Source of the DNA: Candidatus Omnitrophota bacterium
GTDB lineage: Bacteria; Omnitrophota; Gorgyraeia; Gygaellales; Profunditerraquicolaceae
Assembly: GCA_043812955.1 (NCBI GenBank)
Contig: JBDRLN010000066.1
Location: forward strand, 64,885-128,884
Length of the DNA stretch: 64,000 nt
Reading direction: 5' to 3'
The first letter of the stretch is position 1, and each line of letters opens with the position of its first letter. Position numbers and translations under genes: made by a program. Under the pieces are notes generated by a model. That model ran no database searches. It had not been told where the DNA came from and saw only the letters and a program-made list of their open reading frames with translations. Shown here piece by piece: positions 20,241 through 29,598 of the stretch.

Positions 20241-20504
20241 ATGCAGATCCATAATTATATGGAGGATATTGTCAGGGACGCATTGGAAGAATTGCTTGCT
20301 CAAAAAGATAATATTTGCAAGTGCCAGAAGTGCAAGCTGGATATGATGGTCTGGGCCTTAAACCGTATGCTCCCTAAATACTCAGTATCGGATAAAGGGA
20401 GATTTTTTACTAAATTAGGAGAAGAAGAAATTCAATCCAAGGTTGATGTAGTCAGGGAGCTGACCAAGGCTATTACGAATATCAGTAAGAACCCGCGGCA
20501 TTAA
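20241..20504 (+). CDS. ComFB-family protein
   Basis: MQIHNYMEDIV...CKCQKCKLD...ALNRMLPKY...NPRH; ATG 20241 after GGAGGT. Confidence 0.9.
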   Translation: MQIHNYMEDIVRDALEELLAQKDNICKCQKCKLDMMVWALNRMLPKYSVSDKGRFFTKLGEEEIQSKVDVVRELTKAITNISKNPRH

Positions 20505-20516
20505 ATTAAATATTTT

Positions 20517-21356
20517 ATGGAAGAAGAAAAATTCACCGGCAGTGGTAATATAAAAGAGCTTGACTTAAAGAATGTCATTGAATATATCCGTACCAAAAGA
20601 GGCGTTGATCTATTGAATTCCTACCGGAGTACTTTTGTATTTCGCCGTCTGCGTATCCGGATGCGGGAAGTCAAGGCGTTAAATTATGCCGAATATACCG
20701 ATATAATTGAGAAAGACCCTAAAGAATTCAATAAGTTTTTGGATGTGTTATCGATTAATGTCACCGAATTTTTTCGCGATAAAGAGGTATTTGACGCCTT
20801 CAGGAATATTATCTTGCCCGGTATAATTAAGAATAAAGAAAGCAATAAAGAGAATATTATCCGGGTCTGGTCAGCAGGCTGCGCTTCAGGGCAAGAACCT
20901 TATTCACTGGCTATTATTTTAAAAGAGGCATTAGCGGATAAAAAAGATTTTTTAATCCGAATAACAGCCACAGATATAGATAGCTTGGCTTTAGAGAATG
21001 CCGATAAGGCAGAATATAACATCAGTGATTTTAAAGAGATAGATAATAAAATCCTTGAAAAATACTTTACCTTAGCTTATAATGGATGTTATAAGTTAAA
21101 TGACGAGATAAAGAATATGGTTTTATTCCGGCGGAATAACCTTATCAGCGAGCCGCCGTTGCATTTTATAGATGTGATATTCTGCCGGAATGTCCTGATT
21201 TATTTTAAACGTGAACAGCAGGACCTGATATTTCAAAAGTTTAACCAGGCGCTTAACCGGCAAGGATTCCTGGTGATCGGCAAGACTGAAATGATCTGGA
21301 GCAAGGATTTATTCGCTGCGGTAAATACCCGGCAGAAGATTTATCAGAAGTTATAA
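20517..21356 (+). CDS. cheR: Chemotaxis methyltransferase CheR
   Basis: INVTEFFRD, WSAGCASGQEPYS, ATDID, IFCRNVLIYF. Confidence 0.95.
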   Translation: MEEEKFTGSGNIKELDLKNVIEYIRTKRGVDLLNSYRSTFVFRRLRIRMREVKALNYAEYTDIIEKDPKEFNKFLDVLSINVTEFFRDKEVFDAFRNIILPGIIKNKESNKENIIRVWSAGCASGQEPYSLAIILKEALADKKDFLIRITATDIDSLALENADKAEYNISDFKEIDNKILEKYFTLAYNGCYKLNDEIKNMVLFRRNNLISEPPLHFIDVIFCRNVLIYFKREQQDLIFQKFNQALNRQGFLVIGKTEMIWSKDLFAAVNTRQKIYQKL

Positions 21357-21391
21357 ATTTTAATGAATCTAACTAAAAGGAGGTAAGGGTT

Positions 21392-21763
21392 ATGGCAAAA
21401 GTATTAGTGGTAGATGACGCTTTATTTATGCGCAAGATGCTCTCGGATATCCTTAAAAAAGAAGGTATTGAGATTTGCGGAGAGGCGGAAAACGGAAAAG
21501 ACGCGATCGGAAAATACCAGCAGTTAAAACCCGATCTGGTAACTATGGATATAGTAATGCCGAAAGTAGAAGAGATCGACGGGATCGGCGCGGTCAAGGA
21601 GATTATCAAGATAGACCCTCAAGCCAAGATTATTATGGTCTCGGCTATGGGCCAGCATTCCTTGGTAGTTGAGGCGATCCAGGCCGGGGCAAAAGACTTT
21701 GTTACCAAGCCTTTTCAGCCCTCCCGGGTGGTGGAGGCGGTAAACCGGGTTCTGGGAGGATAG
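21392..21763 (+). CDS. cheY: CheY (copy 2)
   Basis: VVDDALFMR, TMDIVMP, SAMGQ, KPF. Confidence 0.92.
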   Translation: MAKVLVVDDALFMRKMLSDILKKEGIEICGEAENGKDAIGKYQQLKPDLVTMDIVMPKVEEIDGIGAVKEIIKIDPQAKIIMVSAMGQHSLVVEAIQAGAKDFVTKPFQPSRVVEAVNRVLGG

Positions 21764-21770
21764 ATTCTTT

Positions 21771-22274
21771 ATGCAGGAAGAGATTATGGAAGATAAAATT
21801 ATAGAAGTTGAAATGGCCCAAATGGCCGTGGATAATGCCCCGGCAAGGTTAGTCACCCGGGGTTTAGGGTCTTGTTTAGGCATCACCATTTATGACCCGG
21901 TTAAAAAAATCGGCGGCATGGTCCACGCTATGCTTCCGGATATAGAAATAGCCAAGATTCGGACTAACCCGGCCCGTTTTGTTAATTCATCGATCAAGAA
22001 AATAGTTGAGGAGTTGGAAATAAGGGGTTGTTTAAGAAGGGGGTTGGTGGCTAAAGTGTTTGGCGGGGCGCATATGTTTAGTTTTATTGTTTCCGATGGA
22101 TCTTTGAATGTGGGTCTGAAAAATGTTGAAATGGCTGAATCCATTTTAAATGAAATGAAGATAAAGATTGCGGCCCAGGAGACCGGGGGGACATTTGGAA
22201 GGACTATTGAACTAAATTTGGATAACGGGAAGGTTTTGATTAAAACAGTCTCTTGGGGAGAAAAAGAGGTGTAA
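21771..22274 (+). CDS. cheD: Receptor deamidase CheD
   Basis: GLGSCLG, HAMLP, AKVFGGAHMF, TGGTFGR. Confidence 0.93.
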   Translation: MQEEIMEDKIIEVEMAQMAVDNAPARLVTRGLGSCLGITIYDPVKKIGGMVHAMLPDIEIAKIRTNPARFVNSSIKKIVEELEIRGCLRRGLVAKVFGGAHMFSFIVSDGSLNVGLKNVEMAESILNEMKIKIAAQETGGTFGRTIELNLDNGKVLIKTVSWGEKEV

Positions 22275-22294
22275 ATCAAAAAGAGGTGTAAATC
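22261..22294 (+). repeat. Perfect 17-bp tandem duplication
   Basis: aaaaagaggtgtaaatc x2. Confidence 0.9.
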
Positions 22295-22297
22295 GTA

Positions 22298-23332
22298 ATG
22301 GAAGAAAAGATTCGCGTATTAGTGGTTGATGATTCTTTTTTAATGCGCCGGGTTATATCGGACATGATAAATAATAGCCCGGGTTTTGAAGTCGTTGGCA
22401 AGGCTAAAGACGGTAAAGAGGCATTAGTTAAAGTGTATTCATTAAAGCCCGATATTGTAACCCTGGATATAAATATACCCTTGATGGACGGCCTCTGCGT
22501 ACTGGAAGAAATAATGAGGAAACAGCCCACTCGGGTTATTATGGTTTCAGCTTATACCCGCGCGGGTACCAGCGCGACCATCAAGGCCCTGGAGTTGGGG
22601 GCTATAGATTTCATAGCTAAGCCGTCAGGAGAAATATCCCTGGATTTAAATAAGCTCGAGCAAGAAATAATTTCTAAATTAAAGATGGCTTCCCGGGTTG
22701 ACTTGGATAAGTTTAGCGCTTTGGCTAAGCCGGTTAAGAAGCCAGGGGCCGTTATTAAGAAGATAGTGGTTATCGGAGCATCTACCGGCGGGCCAAAAGC
22801 GGTTTTAGATATAATGCAGTATATCCCTGTGGAAAACAATGCGGCATTTATTATAGTGCAGCATATGCCTAAGGGTTTTACCTTAAGTTTTGCCGAAAGG
22901 ATATCCTGGCAGACCGGGATCAAGACTAAAGAGGCTGAAGAAGGGGATGAGATTATGTCAGGTAAAGTCTATGTAGCCCCGGCGGGTTTCCACTTAGTTT
23001 TGGAAAAGGGCTATTCCGGCGTAAAGGTTAAATTCACCGAAGATCCTTTGGTAAATTTTGTCCGGCCTTCAATTGATGTAACTATGACTTCTGTAGCGGG
23101 TATATTCGGTAAAGATGTAATAGGGGTAATTTTGACTGGTATGGGTAAAGATGGAATGGAAGGGGCAAGGAGTATAAAGTCTAAGGGGGGCTATGTTGTT
23201 GTCCAGGATGAAAAGACTTCAGTTATCTGGGGGATGCCTAAGGCGGTTCATGATGCAGGCCTAGCGGATAAGGTTTTGCCGTTATCCCAGATCCCCAAGA
23301 TGATTATGGAGCGCATCGAGAGAGAGGAATAA
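22298..23332 (+). CDS. cheB: Methylesterase CheB
   Basis: REC domain plus GASTGG, VQHMP, RPSID, LTGMGKDG. Confidence 0.95.
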   Translation: MEEKIRVLVVDDSFLMRRVISDMINNSPGFEVVGKAKDGKEALVKVYSLKPDIVTLDINIPLMDGLCVLEEIMRKQPTRVIMVSAYTRAGTSATIKALELGAIDFIAKPSGEISLDLNKLEQEIISKLKMASRVDLDKFSALAKPVKKPGAVIKKIVVIGASTGGPKAVLDIMQYIPVENNAAFIIVQHMPKGFTLSFAERISWQTGIKTKEAEEGDEIMSGKVYVAPAGFHLVLEKGYSGVKVKFTEDPLVNFVRPSIDVTMTSVAGIFGKDVIGVILTGMGKDGMEGARSIKSKGGYVVVQDEKTSVIWGMPKAVHDAGLADKVLPLSQIPKMIMERIEREE

Positions 23333-23336
23333 ATAT

Positions 23337-23945
23337 ATGTATTCCAGGTTGAATTTGATCCAGATGGATGTATTAAAGGAGTTGAGCTCGATCGGTTCAG
23401 CTAACGCCGCTACCGCTCTTTCTTCGTTGGTTTCCAGTAGAGTTGAAATTACAGTGCCTCAGGTGAATCTGGTGCCTTTGGAGAATATATCCAGTTTGTT
23501 CGGGGGTATGGATAAGTTACTTTTTGTGCTGGATACGGAGTTAAAAGGCGATATATCGGGGAGGATATTTATATTCCTGTCTCTTGAAGACGCCAAGGGC
23601 CTGGGGGGGATGCTTCTGGGAAAATCTCCGGAAGAAGTGGATATCAGAGATGAGATGTTCCTTTCCTCGCTTAAAGAATCCGCCAATATACTGGGGGGTT
23701 CTTATATATCAGCCCTGGCTGAGATGACCAACATGCTCATACTTAACTCAACGCCTTCTTTAGCTATTGATATGGTGGGGGCGGTATTGGATTTTATCTT
23801 TATTAAGATCGCCCAATATTCCGAAGAGGTGCTTTTTATCAGGAATTCACTTCAGGTTCACGGCAAGAACCTGAACAGTTTAATAATGTTATTCCCGGAC
23901 AATGAATCACTTATCAAAATTTTTGAGACATTAAATGTAAAATAA
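23337..23945 (+). CDS. cheC: CheC (copy 2)
   Basis: DVLKELSSIGSANAATALS, ESANIL, PSLAIDMVGA. Confidence 0.88.
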   Translation: MYSRLNLIQMDVLKELSSIGSANAATALSSLVSSRVEITVPQVNLVPLENISSLFGGMDKLLFVLDTELKGDISGRIFIFLSLEDAKGLGGMLLGKSPEEVDIRDEMFLSSLKESANILGGSYISALAEMTNMLILNSTPSLAIDMVGAVLDFIFIKIAQYSEEVLFIRNSLQVHGKNLNSLIMLFPDNESLIKIFETLNVK

Positions 23946-23955
23946 AGGAGCGCGT

Positions 23956-24046
23956 TCATATCCCGACTGCGTCGGGATCTCACTAAATGCCCGCCTGAGA
24001 GTGAGGCAGGCGCCAAAAAGCAGCGCAAAATTGTGTTCGAGGAGGT
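23956..24046 (+). repeat. Bipartite motif copy 2, upstream of cheW
   Basis: tcata-tcccgac(tgc)gtcggga-tctcactaaatgc...aaattgtgttcga-ggaggt. Confidence 0.75.
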
Positions 24047-24051
24047 ATAAG

Positions 24052-24552
24052 ATGGCTACGGAGAAATCCAAGGAATTTCAATTAGTTGTTTTTACTCTTG
24101 GCGATGAAGAATTTGGAGTGGACATTGCTCAGGTGAGGGAGATCGTAAGGCTGGTCCAGATCACCTATCTGCCTAAAGCCCCTTCTTTTATCGAGGGCGT
24201 GGTAAACTTAAGAGGGCAGGTCTTGGCGGTTATTGACCTTTCTAAAAGGTTAAACATCCCTTCTAAGACCCGGGGAGAACAATCCAGAATCATAGTGGTA
24301 GAGGTAAGCGATAATACTGTTGGTATGATCGTAGATTCTGTCTCTGAGGTATTACGTTTGTCTTCGGATAATGTAGAGGGGGTTCCTAGTTTAGTTGAGA
24401 CTGAGGTGGCGGAACACTATATACGGGGAGTGGGAAAATTAAAAGACAGGCTTTTGGTCCTTTTGGATTTGAACCGGGTCTTGAGCCAGGAAGAAGTCCA
24501 GCATGTGGATCAACATGTAAAAGTGGCCGTAAATAGCATAAAGCCTGAATAA
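24052..24552 (+). CDS. cheW: Coupling protein CheW
   Basis: LVVFTLGDEEFG, GVVNLRG, GMIVDSVSEV; ATG 24052 after GGAGGT. Confidence 0.95.
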   Translation: MATEKSKEFQLVVFTLGDEEFGVDIAQVREIVRLVQITYLPKAPSFIEGVVNLRGQVLAVIDLSKRLNIPSKTRGEQSRIIVVEVSDNTVGMIVDSVSEVLRLSSDNVEGVPSLVETEVAEHYIRGVGKLKDRLLVLLDLNRVLSQEEVQHVDQHVKVAVNSIKPE

Positions 24553-24652
24553 CTCTGTTATTTTATAGGGGATAATGATAATTAAGGGAAAGTTGTATAA
24601 TAATGATTAAATAGATTTATTAGTATTTTAGTGCTTTAGTACTAAGGAGGTC

Positions 24653-26314
24653 ATGATGAGATTAAATATACGGGTCAAGACTATTGGTCTATTTGTAGTT
24701 TTGTTTACGTTGGGCGTTTTATCCCTGACATTTTTTTCGGTTTTTCAGGTCAATAAGGGTTTTAAGAATGAGTTGAATATTAAAGCAGAGGTTATTGCCA
24801 AGAGTTTGAATTCAGCCTTAAACCAGCCTCTTTCTCTGGGCATGACCGCTACTATCAAATATCTACTTAATTCCGCCAAGGAGACCTCCGATGATTTGAT
24901 CTATGCCCACGTAATTGATGTTTCTGGATTATGTGTTGCCAGTACTGATAAAAGCCTTCCCGGTAAGGTGCTTAAAGAAAATCCATTTGAAAAGGCTGCC
25001 TTGGAAGTTAATGGGTTTAGCAGTGTAACTGTGCCAGACAAAATAAATCTCTTTGAGGTAAGGATACCGATCATATCCGAGGATATCGGTAAATTGGGTA
25101 TTTTGCGTATAGGTATGACTACTTCTATTATGAATAAGCTAATCTCTCAGATGACCAAGGTGATCATATTAATAGGTATAATTATACTTATAATAGGTGG
25201 GGTGATATTTAACTTTATTATAACCGGCGGAATAATAAAGCCTCTTAAGCAGGTAGTATTAATCTTAAAGACCATGGTAACTGGAGGGGGAGATCTGACC
25301 CAGCGTATAGTAGTTCAGACCAATGATGAAATCGAGGATATGGCTACCTTGTTCAATACTTATATAGAAACGCTGCATAATATGGTAGCCAAGATCAGGC
25401 TTACCGCGGGAAGCGTATCCGGTACAGCTGAACAGATGTCGTCTTCTACGCAGGAGATGAATGCTTCTACTCAGGAAGTCTCTAACGCGATAAATCAGGT
25501 TAGTAGGGGCGCGACTACTCAGGCCGGCAGGATCGAAGAAACTTTTGAAATCATGGAGAGATCAGCGATCAGCCTTAAACAGGTAGTTGCAAATGCCCAG
25601 AATACCAGTCAGGCTATCGGTCAAACTAGTGCTAAGGCTGAAAATGGCCGTATTGTAGCCCAGGAGGCAGTGGAGAAGATAGAGCGTTTAACCAATACCG
25701 TGGTTGAAACTACTAAGGTTATTCAGGACCTGGGCCAGATGTCTCAGCAGATAGGCGAGATTACCGAGACCATAACTTCTATAGCTGACCAGACTAATCT
25801 TTTGGCCCTTAACGCCGCTATTGAAGCTGCCCGCGCCGGTGAAGCTGGCAGGGGCTTTGCGGTTGTTGCCGAAGAGGTACGTAAACTTGCCGAAGGTTCA
25901 GCTGAGGCGGTAAGAAAGATAGGTGGCCTGATCAAGGCTATCCAGAGCGAGGCTAATAGGGCGGTAAACGCTATCGAAATTAGCTCTAAGGAGGTTCTGG
26001 AGGGTAAGGTTCAGATAATTAAAATCTCAGAAGTTTTATTCGAGATTAATAAATCGACCAAGGAAGCTAATAACCTAGCTAATCAGATCGCTTCAGCCGG
26101 CCAGGACCGCGTAGTAGAGATGGAGGGGGTGATTAAAACCTTTAATGAAGTAGCTAATATTGCCAAGGAATCAGCTACTACCGCTCAGGAAGTATCTTCA
26201 ACCACCGAAGAACAGACTGCTTCAATGGAAGAGATGTCTGCTTCTTCCCAGGAATTAGCCCGTCTGGCAGTGGATTTAAAAGAATTAGTAGGTAAGTTTA
26301 AATTGAAGGAATAA
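24653..26314 (+). CDS. Methyl-accepting chemotaxis protein (2 TM, Cache-like sensor, HAMP)
   Basis: [34 protein letters not shown]. Confidence 0.97.
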   Translation: MMRLNIRVKTIGLFVVLFTLGVLSLTFFSVFQVNKGFKNELNIKAEVIAKSLNSALNQPLSLGMTATIKYLLNSAKETSDDLIYAHVIDVSGLCVASTDKSLPGKVLKENPFEKAALEVNGFSSVTVPDKINLFEVRIPIISEDIGKLGILRIGMTTSIMNKLISQMTKVIILIGIIILIIGGVIFNFIITGGIIKPLKQVVLILKTMVTGGGDLTQRIVVQTNDEIEDMATLFNTYIETLHNMVAKIRLTAGSVSGTAEQMSSSTQEMNASTQEVSNAINQVSRGATTQAGRIEETFEIMERSAISLKQVVANAQNTSQAIGQTSAKAENGRIVAQEAVEKIERLTNTVVETTKVIQDLGQMSQQIGEITETITSIADQTNLLALNAAIEAARAGEAGRGFAVVAEEVRKLAEGSAEAVRKIGGLIKAIQSEANRAVNAIEISSKEVLEGKVQIIKISEVLFEINKSTKEANNLANQIASAGQDRVVEMEGVIKTFNEVANIAKESATTAQEVSSTTEEQTASMEEMSASSQELARLAVDLKELVGKFKLKE

Positions 26315-26319
26315 TAAGA

Positions 26320-27279
26320 TTAGTCTTTACGCCTATCTTTTACAAATGCACTTCCCCCTAAGGTTTTAGCGTAGGATTTTAGTTCTGTAGCAATCTGGAT
26401 TACTTCGCCGATGTGCGAGAATTTCGATTGTTCATTAGTGGCGATACCAATAGAAACGCTTAAAAGAGGGATTCGACAAAAATCTCCCCTTCTATTTTTA
26501 GCGATAATATATCCTTTTTCTTTGTCCTCTTCGTTGTAAAAAGAGCCAATAGTCTTGTCAAATTCATCTACAATATCCTGGGATATTTTTTCAATCAGCT
26601 CAGGTACGCAGATGAATACAAAATCATCGCCTCCGATATGGCCCAAAAAGTCCGTTGGCTTACCTATTTTCTCTAAGACATTCATTATGATCGATGCGGT
26701 ATGGTTAATGATCTGGTCGCCTTTATCAAAGCCGTAGCAATCATTAAACTCTTTGAATTTATTTAAGTCTAGGTATCCTATAGCTAACGGTGCGTTAGTT
26801 TTTATTCTCAATTCCAATTCTTTGAGTAGGGAGACATTCCCGGGCAGCTTAGTTAAAGCGTTTGCTTCTAAATCGCGGCCCAGGCGAACGAGTGAGGCCT
26901 TGATTCTTACCAGAAGTTCTCCGGCATCAATCGGGATTTCAATGTAATCGTCCGCTCCGGAGTAGATGCCTTTTATTTTATCCAGGGGATTTCTTTGGTC
27001 CATTACCAGAATGACAGAGATATGCCGGAATCGGAAATTACCGCGTATAAGTTTGCAGATTTCAATGCCGTTAATATAAGGGGCCTGAAAATCCGAGATT
27101 ATTAAATTGAATTGTTCCTTTTTAAGTAAGTCTAAGGCATCGGTCTGGGTGAGACAAATTTTTACATTATAGTTTTCTCCAGTCAAAAGCGCCAAGATGA
27201 ATTCCCGAACCTCGTCATCGTGGATTACGATCAAGATGTTGTTTTGGCCTGGCGTGTAGTTGCCGTTAATAAGGTCCAT
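26320..27279 (-). CDS. REC-GGDEF diguanylate cyclase (GGDDF)
   Basis: [31 protein letters not shown]. Confidence 0.9.
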   Translation of the reverse strand: MDLINGNYTPGQNNILIVIHDDEVREFILALLTGENYNVKICLTQTDALDLLKKEQFNLIISDFQAPYINGIEICKLIRGNFRFRHISVILVMDQRNPLDKIKGIYSGADDYIEIPIDAGELLVRIKASLVRLGRDLEANALTKLPGNVSLLKELELRIKTNAPLAIGYLDLNKFKEFNDCYGFDKGDQIINHTASIIMNVLEKIGKPTDFLGHIGGDDFVFICVPELIEKISQDIVDEFDKTIGSFYNEEDKEKGYIIAKNRRGDFCRIPLLSVSIGIATNEQSKFSHIGEVIQIATELKSYAKTLGGSAFVKDRRKD

Positions 27280-27283
27280 CTTC

Positions 27284-27889
27284 TTATTTTAAGGATTCTA
27301 GCAATTTCTTGCAGCCATCCTGAATAAATTTAACTGATTCTGGGGTTAAGGCAAGATAGAATGAACCGTTTAAGGTATGTTCTTGTTCTTCAAAAATCGC
27401 CTCGATCAAAAGTACATACTCGGTTTTATTATCAGGGTTAAAGAGCATATTCAAGATTTGTTGAGCCGGGCCACTGATCATAGTGGGTATTGATGGGATA
27501 ATAATCATTCGCAGCATCATGCTTAATGCCCCTAAATAGGAGGATATGACTACATTGCCCACCTCTTTAATTAAGGATAGGCCCATTTCGGTTTGCCGGC
27601 CGCTTTTTTTACCATCTTCTATCAAATAGCATATGTCAATGAGTTTAAACGCGCTCTTCTCATCCATTAAAAAAAGAATGTTACCTTTGATTCCGGTTAA
27701 GATATCGCAGGATACGCTTATAACGATCTGGTCAATCAGCAGTTTATTCAAAACCATTCCTCCGGGTAAGAACTCTAGGGATGGGAGCGTAAGGCCGATC
27801 TTCTTGCCCAACATTTGTGAAAGCGCAATACTCCCCTGCCCGGCTGATATGCTGCCAACTTCTCTTAAAATATCCATTTCATCTTGCAT
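27284..27889 (-). CDS. cheC: CheC (copy 3)
   Basis: [12 protein letters not shown]...ALSQML, EVGNVV; ATG after GAGGAG. Confidence 0.85.
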   Translation of the reverse strand: MQDEMDILREVGSISAGQGSIALSQMLGKKIGLTLPSLEFLPGGMVLNKLLIDQIVISVSCDILTGIKGNILFLMDEKSAFKLIDICYLIEDGKKSGRQTEMGLSLIKEVGNVVISSYLGALSMMLRMIIIPSIPTMISGPAQQILNMLFNPDNKTEYVLLIEAIFEEQEHTLNGSFYLALTPESVKFIQDGCKKLLESLK

Positions 27890-28060
27890 ATTTATCTCCT
27901 CTAGCACAAATATGTACCCTTAGGTGTATCGTTAAGTGCATATTGCGAAGCCCTGACCTTTTAGATATTTACTTAATATAGCTTTCCCAAAAGGGCGCAG
28001 TAAGCCCTATATTTGTATACCTATTTTATAGTATAATATCATAATTTATTGTAAGGTCAA

Positions 28061-28131
28061 TATAAATTAGGGGACGTTTCTATTTTTACAAATTAAGGGC
28101 CGGAGAAAATAGAAACGTCCCCTAATTTATA
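28061..28131. repeat. 26-bp perfect inverted repeat (REP-like, GGGGACG type) between divergent promoters
   Basis: tataaattaggggacgtttctatttt-N19-aaaatagaaacgtcccctaatttata; TTGACC -35 boxes flank it on both sides. Confidence 0.9.
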
Positions 28132-28257
28132 CAAAAAACTTGACCCTGCAATAATGTTATGCTAAACTTATTTGCTAATTCTATTTTACCTAAATAGGCT
28201 GGTTTGCTAGCCTTAAGCCCCAAAGCAAGGCAATAATAAATTATAAAAGGATTAATT

Positions 28258-29598
28258 ATGAGTCTTTTATCGCGTATCGTATTCATTATTCTTCTAACCT
28301 TAGGAATATCTGCCTGTACACCGGTAAAAAAAGCCAATAAACCAACCATAACCGTATGGCATTGGATGATTGATCGGGAAGCGGCACTCCGGGAATTAGC
28401 TAAAAGATATGAGGCTAATACCGGGATAAGGGTGAATTTTGAACTTTACGCCCCCTCTGATGTTTATTCCCAGAAGGTCCGGGCGGCAGCCCAGGGTAAT
28501 ACCTTGCCTGATATATTCGGTATATTAGGCGAAAAGAGAGATTTTAGTTCGTTTATTAAAGCCGGGTTTATCCTGGATTTAACGCCCTATATGGAAGAAA
28601 ATAGCGGTTTTTGGAAAAATAGTTTCTTTGCTACCGCGCTGGCAGTCAATGAATTTAGCGATGGCAATAGTTATGGAATAAAGCCGGGAATTTATGGCGT
28701 GCCCATAGATATTATGACTATTCAGATGCTTTATAATAAAGATTTATTTAAAAAATTAGGGTTAAATCCTGATAAATCGCCGGTTACCTTCCGGGAATTT
28801 TTAGATATCGGTGCCAAGATCAGGCTTGCGAATATGCAAGGGTTAGTTTCTGGCTGGACAGAACCTTGGATGATAGATTGTTTTGCCAATAATTATGCTT
28901 TTAATATTATGGGCAAGGATAAAGTTCTGGCTACCATTAAAGGCGAAGTCCTTTATACTGACCCGGACTGGATAAAGGTATTGACCATTTTTAAGGATAT
29001 GCAGGAATCCGGGGTCCTGGCCAGCGGACTGGTAACAATGGTGAATAAAACCGCAGAGCAGCTTTTTGCCAGCGGCAAGGCGGTATTTGCTTTTAATGGT
29101 TCCTGGTGCGTGAACGTGTATAAGGGGATGAACCCGGATTTAAATTACGCGGCCATGTTTCCACCAAAGGCCTCGGAGCAATTCCCCATGGCGATTTGGG
29201 GCGGAGCTGGCTCGTCTTTTATGGTCAACCCCCGTTCTAAGAACTTAGACGAAACAGTAAAATTCCTAAAATGGTTTACTGCTACCGGACAGCAGACCTA
29301 TTTCTCTGGGGCTACTAACAATCTGCCGGCGAACAAGCAGAGCGCGGCAAGTATGCCCGAGATCAATGCGGCGTTCGCTCGGGGCCTGGATTACGCGATT
29401 CATCCTAATGCCTGGGGCGTATCGGAGTTTTCAATGGTGATTGAGACTTGGGATAAGGGGATCCAATCGATTATCATGGGTGAGAAAACCCCTGAACAGG
29501 TAGCGGCCGAAACTCAAGCGGTTAAGGAGCGGGAAATGGCGCGCAAGCGAAAAATAGATGTCAATAAGAAAGGGGTAATTAGTGGAAAAAGCAGTTAG
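28258..29598 (+). CDS. Sugar ABC transporter substrate-binding lipoprotein
   Basis: Lipobox ISAC, ITVWHW, LPDIF, YGVP, LYNKDLF. Confidence 0.9.
   Translation: MSLLSRIVFIILLTLGISACTPVKKANKPTITVWHWMIDREAALRELAKRYEANTGIRVNFELYAPSDVYSQKVRAAAQGNTLPDIFGILGEKRDFSSFIKAGFILDLTPYMEENSGFWKNSFFATALAVNEFSDGNSYGIKPGIYGVPIDIMTIQMLYNKDLFKKLGLNPDKSPVTFREFLDIGAKIRLANMQGLVSGWTEPWMIDCFANNYAFNIMGKDKVLATIKGEVLYTDPDWIKVLTIFKDMQESGVLASGLVTMVNKTAEQLFASGKAVFAFNGSWCVNVYKGMNPDLNYAAMFPPKASEQFPMAIWGGAGSSFMVNPRSKNLDETVKFLKWFTATGQQTYFSGATNNLPANKQSAASMPEINAAFARGLDYAIHPNAWGVSEFSMVIETWDKGIQSIIMGEKTPEQVAAETQAVKEREMARKRKIDVNKKGVISGKSS

Noticed and set aside
20220-24051. Extended starts for comFB (20220) and cheW (24001)
   Set aside because: They fall inside the repeated motif; downstream ATGs have GGAGGT at good spacing.
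26320-27279. Hypr-type (cGAMP-forming) GGDEF
   Set aside because: The specificity position is Asp (YGFDKGD), not Ser/Thr.
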